Source: a virus (lineage: Duplodnaviria > Caudoviricetes). From it: a stretch of 37,988 bases of DNA. Below are positions 17,670 through 25,874 of this stretch, one piece after another. Position 1 is the stretch's first letter. Each line of letters opens with the position of its first letter. Below the pieces are notes generated by a model. That model saw only the letters and a list, made by a program, of their open reading frames with translations, had not been told where the DNA came from and ran no database searches. Made by a program: the position numbers and the translations under genes. The stretch lies in IMG/VR virus record IMGVR_UViG_3300033407_000065, positions 1-37,988 of that record. One strand, written 5' to 3'.

Positions 17670-18200
17670 TCAATGCGAAGCCCTGAGCGCCGTTCGCAGA
17701 TGGTCGCCCACGATGTCCAGGATCTCGGCACGATCCCTCGGGCCGATGCCCAGGTAGGGCCGCGCTGGAATCGTCACCTTGCGCCCCCGTCCGGCCTTGC
17801 CGCCGAGCTGGTGGATGGCGGCATAAACTTTGCCGCTGCCGACACTGACCGAGGTGCGCCCCGCCTCATAGTGGATGGATCCGCGAAGCTGTGCTGAGTC
17901 GGTCAAGATCTTTCGTCCCGCCAAGTATTCTTGAAAAGCACTTGAGAGCCCACCGCTTCTGGTATGCGTGGTCTTCTTCTTGCGCAGCCGAAAACCCAGG
18001 TGGTAGCTGAGCACTTTGAGCGGCTTCCAGGGTGTACCGTCGGGGCTGCGTTCGTGACGGAAGTGTTCCTCGGTGCTTCGCAGCAGGCGCTCGCCAATGG
18101 CCTTCATGGCCGGGGTGAGGTCCCCGGTGGCTTTGAGGGCACCGCTCAGAGCCTTCTGGACCTGCCTGTCTTCTACTTTGACGCTGAAGCCCTCTGCCAC
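17670..18200 (-). CDS. Virion morphogenesis protein, Mu gpG-like
   Basis: M..IG..L..ST...F..E.SPDG.PW.PL...IL.DS..LR.SI...YAAIHQLGG...IPARPYLG. Confidence 0.92.
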   Translation of the reverse strand: MAEGFSVKVEDRQVQKALSGALKATGDLTPAMKAIGERLLRSTEEHFRHERSPDGTPWKPLKVLSYHLGFRLRKKKTTHTRSGGLSSAFQEYLAGRKILTDSAQLRGSIHYEAGRTSVSVGSGKVYAAIHQLGGKAGRGRKVTIPARPYLGIGPRDRAEILDIVGDHLRTALRASH

Positions 18201-18229
18201 TTGCCTGCCTCCTGTTTCTCTGGTAGCTT
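18201..18229 (+). promoter_or_regulatory. Putative sigma70 promoter facing the muF 3' end
   Basis: TTGCCT (18201-06), 17-bp spacer, TAGCTT (18224-29), extended TG at 18221-22. Confidence 0.45.
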
Positions 18230-18236
18230 GGAGTTG

Positions 18237-18345
18237 AAGGATTCGTTATCTGGTTGATCGGCAACAGGCTGCCGACGCCTTCGGGGTCATCCCCGATGAT
18301 GAGCGCTAGCGGGGTGCCGTCCCGTAACCAGATCAACGAATCCTT
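18237..18345. ncRNA. Putative cloverleaf (4-way junction) RNA overlapping the muF stop codon
   Basis: 19-bp closing stem (18237-55 / 18326-45, one bulge) enclosing three hairpins. Confidence 0.6.
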
Positions 18346-19472
18346 TCGTATTCCTTCCCTGGATTACGGAACTCCCGCACCTGCCTGTCTGCCAGCTCCT
18401 CTGATGTCTCGAAGAGCGTCAGGAAGTAATTCTCCCCGCCATCCTTGGTCCGCTTGAGCGCCGCTCGGTAGAGTTTTCCGTCCAGTTCCAGGTAGACGAG
18501 GCGATCCGTTCGGTCAGCACGCCTCCAGACCTCGCCCTTCTCGATGATGCGAGGGATCTTGCGGTAATCCTCAATCCCGATCTCCGGGTGCTTCTCCAGA
18601 TGTTTCTTAAGGCTTTCAGCGGAGAGCCACACCGTCTGGGTGGCGCTTCCGAGCACCTGCCGGTCTGAGGCGCTCAAGACCGCCACGGGGAAGTCCGCCT
18701 CGATTTTCCCGGCAAAGAACCTCTCGAAGGTCGGGCCGTTCAAAAAGCCCTGCATCCACTGCCGAGAGATCCCCTCCGGAAGGGTCTCGAACTTGTCGGC
18801 CAGCACCCGGTAGCCCTTGGCCTGCGCTTGCCCGACGTTGTAATCCCACCCCTTGCCAATGCCCACGGGCGCTCCGGTGGCCGGATCGAGCTTGATGATG
18901 GGCGCCTGGTCGGGGACGGTCTTACCTGCCCGGGCCAGATCCCGGGGACCGGCGGCGAAGACTTTGCACTTGCATCCCCAGCCGTTGGGCGGGTAGTGCG
19001 TCTTCCACCAGGGATCATCGGCGGGCAGGGTCAGACCATCCCAAGCCAGGTGCTGCGCTCTAGGCTGGATGCTGTCGCCGTGGCGGTACTCCAGGAAGGG
19101 CAACAGCTTCGTCATCTCCGGGTCGGTGAGCTGGGCCCAGCGCCCGGCCATGTAGGCGGTGCGGATGTTCGTCTTGTAGATCACCTCGCTGCGCCAGTTG
19201 CGGCTGCCGTTGTAGCTCCAGCCGTGCTTGGCCACGATGGCGTCGAAGTCTTTGCGGAAATCCTCCAGGGTGACGCCGTCGGCGATGGCCTTGTCCACGG
19301 CGGTGCGAAAGTCGGCGACCAACTCGGCCTTGGTCGCTCCGGCGATCATGAAGCCCCGGGCGTGCTGATCCTTCCAGAGGTCATCCCACCGCCGGGTGGG
19401 GATGTTGACCTTGTCCCGGAAGTGATCGAGCGCCTCCGGGAACGGTCGTTTAAAGACCGCTTCAACGCTCAT
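18333..19472 (-). CDS. MuF head morphogenesis protein with C-terminal putative BECR-fold (PBECR2-like) nuclease domain
   Basis: MuF motifs (TNIRTAY.AGRW, R.QH.AWDG, D.WW.THYPPNGWGCKC) plus a ~140-aa extension (KH..KHPEI..EDY...YRAALKRTK.G.E.YF.TL). Confidence 0.85.
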   Translation of the reverse strand: MSVEAVFKRPFPEALDHFRDKVNIPTRRWDDLWKDQHARGFMIAGATKAELVADFRTAVDKAIADGVTLEDFRKDFDAIVAKHGWSYNGSRNWRSEVIYKTNIRTAYMAGRWAQLTDPEMTKLLPFLEYRHGDSIQPRAQHLAWDGLTLPADDPWWKTHYPPNGWGCKCKVFAAGPRDLARAGKTVPDQAPIIKLDPATGAPVGIGKGWDYNVGQAQAKGYRVLADKFETLPEGISRQWMQGFLNGPTFERFFAGKIEADFPVAVLSASDRQVLGSATQTVWLSAESLKKHLEKHPEIGIEDYRKIPRIIEKGEVWRRADRTDRLVYLELDGKLYRAALKRTKDGGENYFLTLFETSEELADRQVREFRNPGKEYERIR

Positions 19473-21042
19473 TGCTCACCTCGTTACGTCCACCCAGATC
19501 AGCCAGCATGAGAGCCTGACCCATCAGTTCGCCCAGCTGGGCTTCGTCGAGCGCCTGGTACTGCTTGAGGAGCTGCTCGCGAAATTCCTCCAGGGAGCTG
19601 CTGCGGTCCAGCAGCCCTCGAACATGCTCGATCATCATCGTCATGAGCACGTTGCCCTTTGCGCTGAGCTGCTCGGTGACCTGCTCGGCGGTGTCGGGCT
19701 CGGCAGCACCTTCGCGGTTGCGGGCGGTGGCACAGGTCGGGCAGCTGTGCTGCCGGTTGACGGCGGGCTCCACTGCGGGCGCAGCGGCAGGGCCTCCGAG
19801 CAAATCTTCGGACTTGACGTTAGGCCCGGGATCGGGCCAGCCGAGGCGGTCACGCACCACGCTCTGCTCTACCCGAAATCCGAGCGGTACAAGTTTGGCG
19901 AGGCTCTCGCTGATAGCTGCGACGTCTTCGGACTCGATGGCTGCCAGTCGCAGGCAGGGGTAGTTCTCCTGGGGGCCGTAGTTCAAGTCGATGAAGGGGC
20001 GAACCAGATCGCGGTTGATGGTTTCCTCAAGCTGTTCGGCATCGTCATCGCGGATGTCGTCACGCACCTCGGACTGCAGTTTCTCATCTCCGAGCTTGCC
20101 GGAAGTCCCGGAGGCGGAGGCCGTCTGGCCCAGCACCCCTTTGGAGACCTGGGCATCGAGGTAGTCAGCTAGCAGCAGGAAGAACTGGGCTCCTCCGGAG
20201 ACGTTGGCGGCCTGGACCAGCTCGACCATCATCGACTCAGGGAAGACGGCGGCAGCGTCACTGCCCAGATTGGCCACGGCCATCTTGAGGATGTTGATGT
20301 CGTCTTCGCTGGTGCCGGGGCGGTACTTGCCCATGCGCAGCGGCATGCCGAAGACCTCGGCAAAGGCCATCCAGTCTTTGACGGTGTAGCCCTTACACAT
20401 CCACGCCCAGGAGGCCAGCCGGGCCAGCCCCCCCCGGAGGGGGATGCCGGTCTTGAGCTTGGGGACGTGGACGATGAACTTATAAGGCGTAAGCTCGATG
20501 CCGTTGGCCATGTCGGCTTCGTCACGCAGGCGCAGCTCGCTGAGGGTCACCTGGTCGAAACAGAAGAACCTCGGGTCGCGCCACTTGTAGGCCCGGGGCA
20601 TCCACTTGGTGCCATGATCCCAGTCGATCTCTACCGCGCTGTAGCCCTTGCCGAGCCCGTCAAGGGCATCCTTGATCATCCCCTTGAACCCGGGGCGGCG
20701 GACCATGGCGCGGACCTCATCGGCAAGCCGCTTGTCGTGGGCGCTGTCGCTGAAGGCCTCGACGGTCACCGGCAAGCGACTGACGGCCAGCTTGCGCTTG
20801 CCCAGCTCGCAGGCGTAGTGCATGTCGCGCTCTTCCATCTCTTCGGCCAGAGTCAGGTAGGCGTCATGATCCCCTTCGGAGGCTGCCAGCAGGATGGACG
20901 CAAGGCGCTCGGGGGTGAGCCCGGAGGCGACGCTGCTATTCCAGATGGAGCGCACCCCGGCGAGGGACGGCGCGGCCAGCTCGCGGGTGAGCTCTTTGGG
21001 CCGAATGGGGCGGTCATATGCATCGTACAGGGTGCTCATCAC
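19462..21042 (-). CDS. Portal protein, Mu gp29 (H)/DUF935
   Basis: EEMEERD.H, KGYSAVEI.W, KDWMAFAEVFGMPLRMGKY, SK.VLGQT and L.ETINRDL..P. Confidence 0.95.
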   Translation of the reverse strand: MMSTLYDAYDRPIRPKELTRELAAPSLAGVRSIWNSSVASGLTPERLASILLAASEGDHDAYLTLAEEMEERDMHYACELGKRKLAVSRLPVTVEAFSDSAHDKRLADEVRAMVRRPGFKGMIKDALDGLGKGYSAVEIDWDHGTKWMPRAYKWRDPRFFCFDQVTLSELRLRDEADMANGIELTPYKFIVHVPKLKTGIPLRGGLARLASWAWMCKGYTVKDWMAFAEVFGMPLRMGKYRPGTSEDDINILKMAVANLGSDAAAVFPESMMVELVQAANVSGGAQFFLLLADYLDAQVSKGVLGQTASASGTSGKLGDEKLQSEVRDDIRDDDAEQLEETINRDLVRPFIDLNYGPQENYPCLRLAAIESEDVAAISESLAKLVPLGFRVEQSVVRDRLGWPDPGPNVKSEDLLGGPAAAPAVEPAVNRQHSCPTCATARNREGAAEPDTAEQVTEQLSAKGNVLMTMMIEHVRGLLDRSSSLEEFREQLLKQYQALDEAQLGELMGQALMLADLGGRNEVSNER

Positions 21043-22466
21043 CAGACTCCTTTGGTGCGGCCGAAGCCTGCGGTGGTGCGAATGGGGCGGCCCATCTCCC
21101 GGCCCTCGCGGGCGGTGACGGGGTGGTAGGCGTATTCGATGCCCGCTTCACTGGCCGCATGAACCGCCAGGCCGAGTGCCCAGAAGCGGTCAGCGTGACC
21201 GTCCTTGCTCCGTTCGGCGGTGAAGCGGATGTTTCCGGCGGCGGTGGTCTGCTTGGTCACGCTTCGCAGATCGGCACGAATGCTCTTGTCGTAGGGGATG
21301 CGCAGGCGGCGGTCTTCCATGAGGGAGCGAACTGGATAGGCCAGCTCTTCCTTCACGCGTGAGCTGAAGGTGACGCACTCCACGCGGTAGGTTCCGAAGC
21401 GATCCTGGGCGTCGTCGCCCCAGCCGATGCCGAGGCCGGTGTAGTCGATGCAGCAGCGGTCGGCCTTGGCCATGATGGGCCAGAGGACGGCCTCCTGCTC
21501 GCTCTTGCGCATGTTCTGCAGGCAGATGATGTCGCGGGTGTACAGGGTGTCGCCAAGCTTCTCCAGGAGCCAGAGCACGGTCAGGTCGTTCTTGCGACCG
21601 ATATCGATCCCGGCGTAGAGACGGCCACCTTCCTGGGTGCGCCAGTCGATCTCCCGGCCGTATTCGGCAGCCGCGATCAGGTCGTACTCCAGGAAGGCCA
21701 CGTCATCGTCGGCGGGCTCGCACATGTACTCCTGCTGGAAGGACTCTTCATCGGCGCAGCCGCTTTTGACGAAGTCGAAGTAGGTGGCCTCGTCCATGGC
21801 CTGACGCTCGTCGTCTTCGGGCAGGCTCTGCTGCAGCTTCCAGAGGAAGCCCTGGTCGAGAGCGTCCTGAAGCGTGACCCGGTGCAGGCTGATGTTCTTC
21901 GGGTTGCCCTGCTCGCGAGCCTCGCGGATCAGGTCGTTGAAGAAGTTCTTGCTACCCCGGTGGGTGCTGATGACCTCCATGGAGCCGCCCCAGGTGATGC
22001 CGGGATAGGCAATGCTCCAGAGCTTGCGAGGGTCGGGATGCAGGGCGAACTCGTCGAGCACCCGGCCGCCACGTTTACCGGCTTGGGCATCGGGGTTGGA
22101 GCTCATGGAGTGGATGCGCCTGCCGTTGGCGAACTCCAGCACGTAAGCGCTGAGGCGCTTCTGGTCATCGATCACGACTTCGCCCAGATCGCTGGCTGCG
22201 ATTTGCAGCACCTTCGACCACATCTTGCAGTCTTCGATGAAAAGCCTGGCTTGCAGATCATCTCGCGAGGAGACCCACTGATCATGCTTGTTGCCCTGCA
22301 TACCGGTGCGCTCGTCGCAGGCCCAGGCAGTGCTCCAGGACAAACCAATCTGGCGGGACTTCTCCATCAGCTTCAGGCGGCTGTGGTCCTTGATCCACGC
22401 ACCTTGAAACGGAAGGAAAATGCCACCCTGGTTGGCGGGTATGATCTTGGCGTTGCCTCTGTTCAT
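21039..22466 (-). CDS. Terminase large subunit, Mu gp28-like
   Basis: EKSRQIGLSW, VLDEFA, GIDIGR.NDLTV, ID.TGLG and GHADRFWA. Confidence 0.95.
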   Translation of the reverse strand: MNRGNAKIIPANQGGIFLPFQGAWIKDHSRLKLMEKSRQIGLSWSTAWACDERTGMQGNKHDQWVSSRDDLQARLFIEDCKMWSKVLQIAASDLGEVVIDDQKRLSAYVLEFANGRRIHSMSSNPDAQAGKRGGRVLDEFALHPDPRKLWSIAYPGITWGGSMEVISTHRGSKNFFNDLIREAREQGNPKNISLHRVTLQDALDQGFLWKLQQSLPEDDERQAMDEATYFDFVKSGCADEESFQQEYMCEPADDDVAFLEYDLIAAAEYGREIDWRTQEGGRLYAGIDIGRKNDLTVLWLLEKLGDTLYTRDIICLQNMRKSEQEAVLWPIMAKADRCCIDYTGLGIGWGDDAQDRFGTYRVECVTFSSRVKEELAYPVRSLMEDRRLRIPYDKSIRADLRSVTKQTTAAGNIRFTAERSKDGHADRFWALGLAVHAASEAGIEYAYHPVTAREGREMGRPIRTTAGFGRTKGVW

Positions 22467-23056
22467 ACGATTCCGAGAGCCTCGTGAATGATGGCGATCG
22501 ATTCCTTGCTGACCCCCAGCTGGGTGGCGGTCTTGTCGACTTTTTCGGCGGCCTCAAGCAGGGCCTGCTGCCGGATCTTTTCTTCTCGCTTGACGTTAAT
22601 GGTGGCGCCCTGCTCCAGGCGCTGGACAGCCAGGGCGAGGGACTTGACCTGCTCGATGGTGGCGGTCATGGCCTCGGGGTCTTCGAGATCGGCGTCCTGG
22701 ATTTTCAGCGTCAGGTCGAAGGCCATACTCCGCAGCATCTCGTTGATGAGCAGGCCCACCTGGCCCTGAGGGGCGGCGCCGACTTTCGATATGAAGACCT
22801 CGGCCACCTCTCTCGACTGCCGCAGCTTGGCGCCGACCTCTTCCATACGCTGGGCGTAGCGATTGACGCTGCTCTTACTCAGGCGCTCGGGGGTGCCCTC
22901 GGGCAGCTCGCCCGCCTGGCGCATCTGGGCCAGGATGGCGTTGATGCGCTCCATGGCCTGGATCTGAGTCACACGGCGGTCGTTGAGCAGATCCTGAAAC
23001 TGCTGCCGGATCTCGTCGGGCAGCAGGTCGATGCTTGATTGCTGGCGGCGGCCCAT
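22463..23056 (-). CDS. Terminase small subunit, Mu gp27/DUF3486
   Basis: SSIDLLPDEIR...SKSSVNRY...R.SRE.A. The start could alternatively be 23062. Confidence 0.88.
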   Translation of the reverse strand: MGRRQQSSIDLLPDEIRQQFQDLLNDRRVTQIQAMERINAILAQMRQAGELPEGTPERLSKSSVNRYAQRMEEVGAKLRQSREVAEVFISKVGAAPQGQVGLLINEMLRSMAFDLTLKIQDADLEDPEAMTATIEQVKSLALAVQRLEQGATINVKREEKIRQQALLEAAEKVDKTATQLGVSKESIAIIHEALGIV

Positions 23057-23058
23057 GG

Positions 23059-23352
23059 TCAACGAGGCCTCGGGCGCTTAACGCCATCGACCCGGGCGGC
23101 GCCGGTGGAGACGTCGACACCCCGGCCGGTGACCTTGGCCACCAAGGTGCCCACGACCTCGTTGAGGGTGATAAGGCCCTGCTCTTCGAGCCAGCGCAGC
23201 TCGGTCTTGACCCGGTCGCGTGAGCAGGTGTGCCCGAACATGCCGAGGATCTCCTGCAAAACGGATTCGTTCATGCTGTAGCCCTGGTCTTCGGCCAGTG
23301 CCTTCAGGATCACGAGCCGGATATCGGCCATCACCACGTCAGCAAAGCTCAT
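23059..23352 (-). CDS. Mu gp26-like winged-helix protein
   Basis: RLVIL..L....GYS.NES.L...SRD.V..EL.WLEEQGL...T.RG.DV..G...V.GVKRP.P. Confidence 0.88.
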   Translation of the reverse strand: MSFADVVMADIRLVILKALAEDQGYSMNESVLQEILGMFGHTCSRDRVKTELRWLEEQGLITLNEVVGTLVAKVTGRGVDVSTGAARVDGVKRPRPR

Positions 23353-23762
23353 CGTTTCCCTCCGTTGTTGATCAGGTATTCATTCATCAAATCCACCGCG
23401 CGCTGGAGGCCCTTAACCCCCCCGGCGATCTCGTGCAAGTCCCCATGGACCTCGTCCATGCGGGCGCTGAGCTTGGCCATGTCGGCATGGCTGGGGCGAT
23501 GATTGAGATCTGCCGTAAGCTCGGTGGCTCGGCGCTCAAGCTCACAGGTGCGCTGAATGTGCCCCTGACAGGGGGCATTGAGCTTGGCGACCGCCTTCTC
23601 CAGATCCGCCTGGGTGACCCGCTCGGCGACCTCTTTTTCTAAGCCCTGAAACCGCTTGTGGTTGACCTTCTCGCGGTTGGTCCACCAGACATAGGTGATC
23701 ACCACGATGTTGGCGGCGATTTGCGCCACCATGATCCAGAATCGCCAGGCTTCGTAATTCAC
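23349..23762 (-). CDS. Mu gp25-like membrane-anchored coiled-coil protein (DUF2730-like)
   Basis: N-terminal TM helix, coiled coil and P...D...L motif, before gp26. Confidence 0.75.
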   Translation of the reverse strand: MNYEAWRFWIMVAQIAANIVVITYVWWTNREKVNHKRFQGLEKEVAERVTQADLEKAVAKLNAPCQGHIQRTCELERRATELTADLNHRPSHADMAKLSARMDEVHGDLHEIAGGVKGLQRAVDLMNEYLINNGGKR

Positions 23763-23767
23763 GTGAC

Positions 23768-23983
23768 TTACCTCCAGTGGCTCAATGTCATTTCAAGATC
23801 GGCCTGGCATCTCACGCAGAGCCGACAGCCGGGAGCGGCAAGGCGCCGGGCCTCGGGGATCTCCTCTTCGCACTCCTCGCAGATGTGCGCCGAGGGAGTT
23901 TTGTTGGGCACTGCCATAGCCCTTCGGGAAATCGCTGCCTGTTCGCGGCCTGCCAAGTCCTGCGCCTGGTCGAAGATGTCCAT
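23768..23983 (-). CDS. TraR/DksA C4-type zinc finger protein
   Basis: MDIFDQAQ...CEECEEEIPEARRLAAPGCRLCVRCQ. Confidence 0.92.
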   Translation of the reverse strand: MDIFDQAQDLAGREQAAISRRAMAVPNKTPSAHICEECEEEIPEARRLAAPGCRLCVRCQADLEMTLSHWR

Positions 23984-24415
23984 TCAGCGCACCTTCCCGT
24001 TGATCAGGCCGCGCTTATCGAGCGAACGGGCTCCGGTGTAGCCCAGGTACCCGGCGCCGAAGAGCCACCAAAGCTCTTCGGGCAAGGCGTCGAGCCATGC
24101 CCGCATCCCCTCGGCGATGGATAGGGCCAGCTCGGGCCGCAGCGCATGGAGCACTCCCATGGGGATGGCGGCCAGAATCAGGGCGTACATCACATAGAGG
24201 AAGGAAGGCCGGGCGCGGCTGGTCCAGGGGTCGGCGCTCTTGGCCTCGGCCAGGATGGCGCTCATGCGCACTTCCAGCTCCTTGAGTTCGCCTTCCTGAG
24301 CCATGCGGGCCAGCTCTGCCTGGGCTCGGGCGCGCTCGGTCGGGTCGGGAAACATCTTGTCGATGAGCTTGCCGCCCAAGCCGAAGAGCGGCGTCAAAAG
24401 GTCGGCCCCGGTCAT
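23984..24415 (-). CDS. Holin (3TM GTA-type family)
   Basis: K.IDK.FPDP...AEA.S...WTSRARP...LPE.LW.L...GYLGY...RS.DK. Confidence 0.85.
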   Translation of the reverse strand: MTGADLLTPLFGLGGKLIDKMFPDPTERARAQAELARMAQEGELKELEVRMSAILAEAKSADPWTSRARPSFLYVMYALILAAIPMGVLHALRPELALSIAEGMRAWLDALPEELWWLFGAGYLGYTGARSLDKRGLINGKVR

Positions 24416-25014
24416 GCGTTTGTCCTCCCCATAGCCCAGTCCAGGGCGCCGTCGGCGATGGCGCGGGCCATGCGGTGCTGCACACAGGGGTCTTCAAGCC
24501 AGGCGCAGGAGGCAGGGTTGGAGGCGAACTCCATTTCGACCAGGACGGCCGGGCCGAAGGTAGAGGTGAGCACTCGGAACCGGGCTTCCTGGTCGGGGTC
24601 TCCGTCTGAGAGGTCTTTGCGGTAGCGGCGCTCGGGAAAGGTCTGCTCGATGCGCTGGAGGATGGCGGTAGCGGCCTTGTCCGATGCGGTCTCCCCGGGG
24701 GAGGTCCAGATCTCGATGCCGTGGGGCTGAGGGTTGATGGTGCCGTCTTCAAACTCGGCGCTGTTGCAGTGCAGGCTGATGAAGAGGTCGGAGCGGTGGC
24801 GGTGCTCCAGGGCGACGCGCTCATCGAGACTGACGGTGGCGTCGACCAGGCGGGTCAGAATGACGCCGTGCCCCTCGTCGGAGAGCAGCATGGCGAGCAG
24901 TTGAGCAACGGCCAGATTGATGCGAGCCTCACAGGGATCGCTCCCCTTGGGTGCTCCGGGGTCGCTGCCGCCGTGACCGGCGTCGACCATGAAAAGCTTT
25001 GGTGTCATCCCCAT
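24412..25014 (-). CDS. Endolysin, N-acetylmuramoyl-L-alanine amidase (Amidase_3)
   Basis: DAGHGG.DPGA, E..INL, FISLHCN and PAVLVE..F.SN. Confidence 0.93.
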   Translation of the reverse strand: MGMTPKLFMVDAGHGGSDPGAPKGSDPCEARINLAVAQLLAMLLSDEGHGVILTRLVDATVSLDERVALEHRHRSDLFISLHCNSAEFEDGTINPQPHGIEIWTSPGETASDKAATAILQRIEQTFPERRYRKDLSDGDPDQEARFRVLTSTFGPAVLVEMEFASNPASCAWLEDPCVQHRMARAIADGALDWAMGRTNA

Positions 25015-25065
25015 ACTCCATGAGGCAGCCGCAAGGGGTGCCGGTTGTGGTTGGTGTATGGGGTG

Positions 25066-25117
25066 AGTCTAGGGATTTTGGGCGGAAATGACGCGGGGGA
25101 TTGTCAGGGTTTGTCAG
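25066..25117 (-). promoter_or_regulatory. Putative activator-dependent late promoter
   Basis: -10 TAGACT (25071-66), poor -35, and two CTGACAA direct repeats 10 bp apart (25117-11, 25107-01) just upstream. Confidence 0.5.
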
Positions 25118-25123
25118 TGTAAC

Positions 25124-25507
25124 TTATTGATTTTCGATAGAAATGTCTTGGGGCGTTATCGTCCAGAGACGGATGCCGTATTTCTCGGCGAGGGGGGAGA
25201 GACGCTCCAGGTAGCGAGCGTCGGAGGGCTTTTCGAGGATCAGGACGATGCCGGGTTGCTCCCCGGTTTGGAGGGCATAGTGGAGGGATTGGCCAACTGC
25301 TTCGGCCCATTTACGGGCGAAGTCGAACTCGATTGCGTAGCCCTGGGCGACACAATCGACGCGGGTTCGGTCGGGGAGGCGGTATTCGGTGATGCCTTGG
25401 GCTTGGGTACACCAGTGAGACTGGTAAGCCTTTTCGGGGGCGGCTTCAGAGGACTGGCCTTGGCAAATGACAGCAGCGACGGCGATGGCAAGAAAGCAGA
25501 ACTTCAT
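25124..25507 (-). CDS. Signal-peptide protein with PD-(D/E)xK nuclease-like fold
   Basis: MK + hydrophobic stretch + SEA|A cleavage-like site. EYRLPDRTRVDC...AIEFDF..KWAEAVGQSLHYA pattern. Confidence 0.65.
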   Translation of the reverse strand: MKFCFLAIAVAAVICQGQSSEAAPEKAYQSHWCTQAQGITEYRLPDRTRVDCVAQGYAIEFDFARKWAEAVGQSLHYALQTGEQPGIVLILEKPSDARYLERLSPLAEKYGIRLWTITPQDISIENQ

Positions 25508-25517
25508 CTGTAAATCC

Positions 25518-25862
25518 TCAAAACATCGCCATCTGTTTCGGGTCAGCCGCGTTGTTCCGCTGGTAGGTGTTGTTGCGGGCCAGGTACTCCACCAGCTCGT
25601 CGTACCGGACCCGGCGGGTGCGGTTGAGCATGTAGGAATCCAGGGTGGCGGGGTTGAGTGGCGCCTCGGTGTCGGGGTCGATTTCGTAACCGCTGACCAT
25701 CCGCCAGAAGGTCCGGTCTGAGATACCGAGAATAGCCTGAACCTCTGCCGGGGTATAGCTGGATTTCTTGGGCAGGCCTACAACATGACCGCCCTGTCGT
25801 TTGACGCGGGCGGTCTTAAGCATTCCCTGCAGCTTGGCTTCTGCCAATTCTCGTTGCGTCAC
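25518..25862 (-). CDS. Excisionase/MerR-like HTH DNA-binding protein, candidate late activator
   Basis: YTPAEVQAILGISDRTFWRMV...RRVRYDELVEYL, at the Mor/C position. Confidence 0.7.
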   Translation of the reverse strand: MTQRELAEAKLQGMLKTARVKRQGGHVVGLPKKSSYTPAEVQAILGISDRTFWRMVSGYEIDPDTEAPLNPATLDSYMLNRTRRVRYDELVEYLARNNTYQRNNAADPKQMAMF

Positions 25863-25874
25863 AGCTTCCCCCTC

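Noticed and set aside
18237-18345. Cloverleaf as a genuine tRNA gene
   Set aside because: No T-loop GTTCRA or D-loop consensus, no 7-nt anticodon loop, and the closing stem is far too long.
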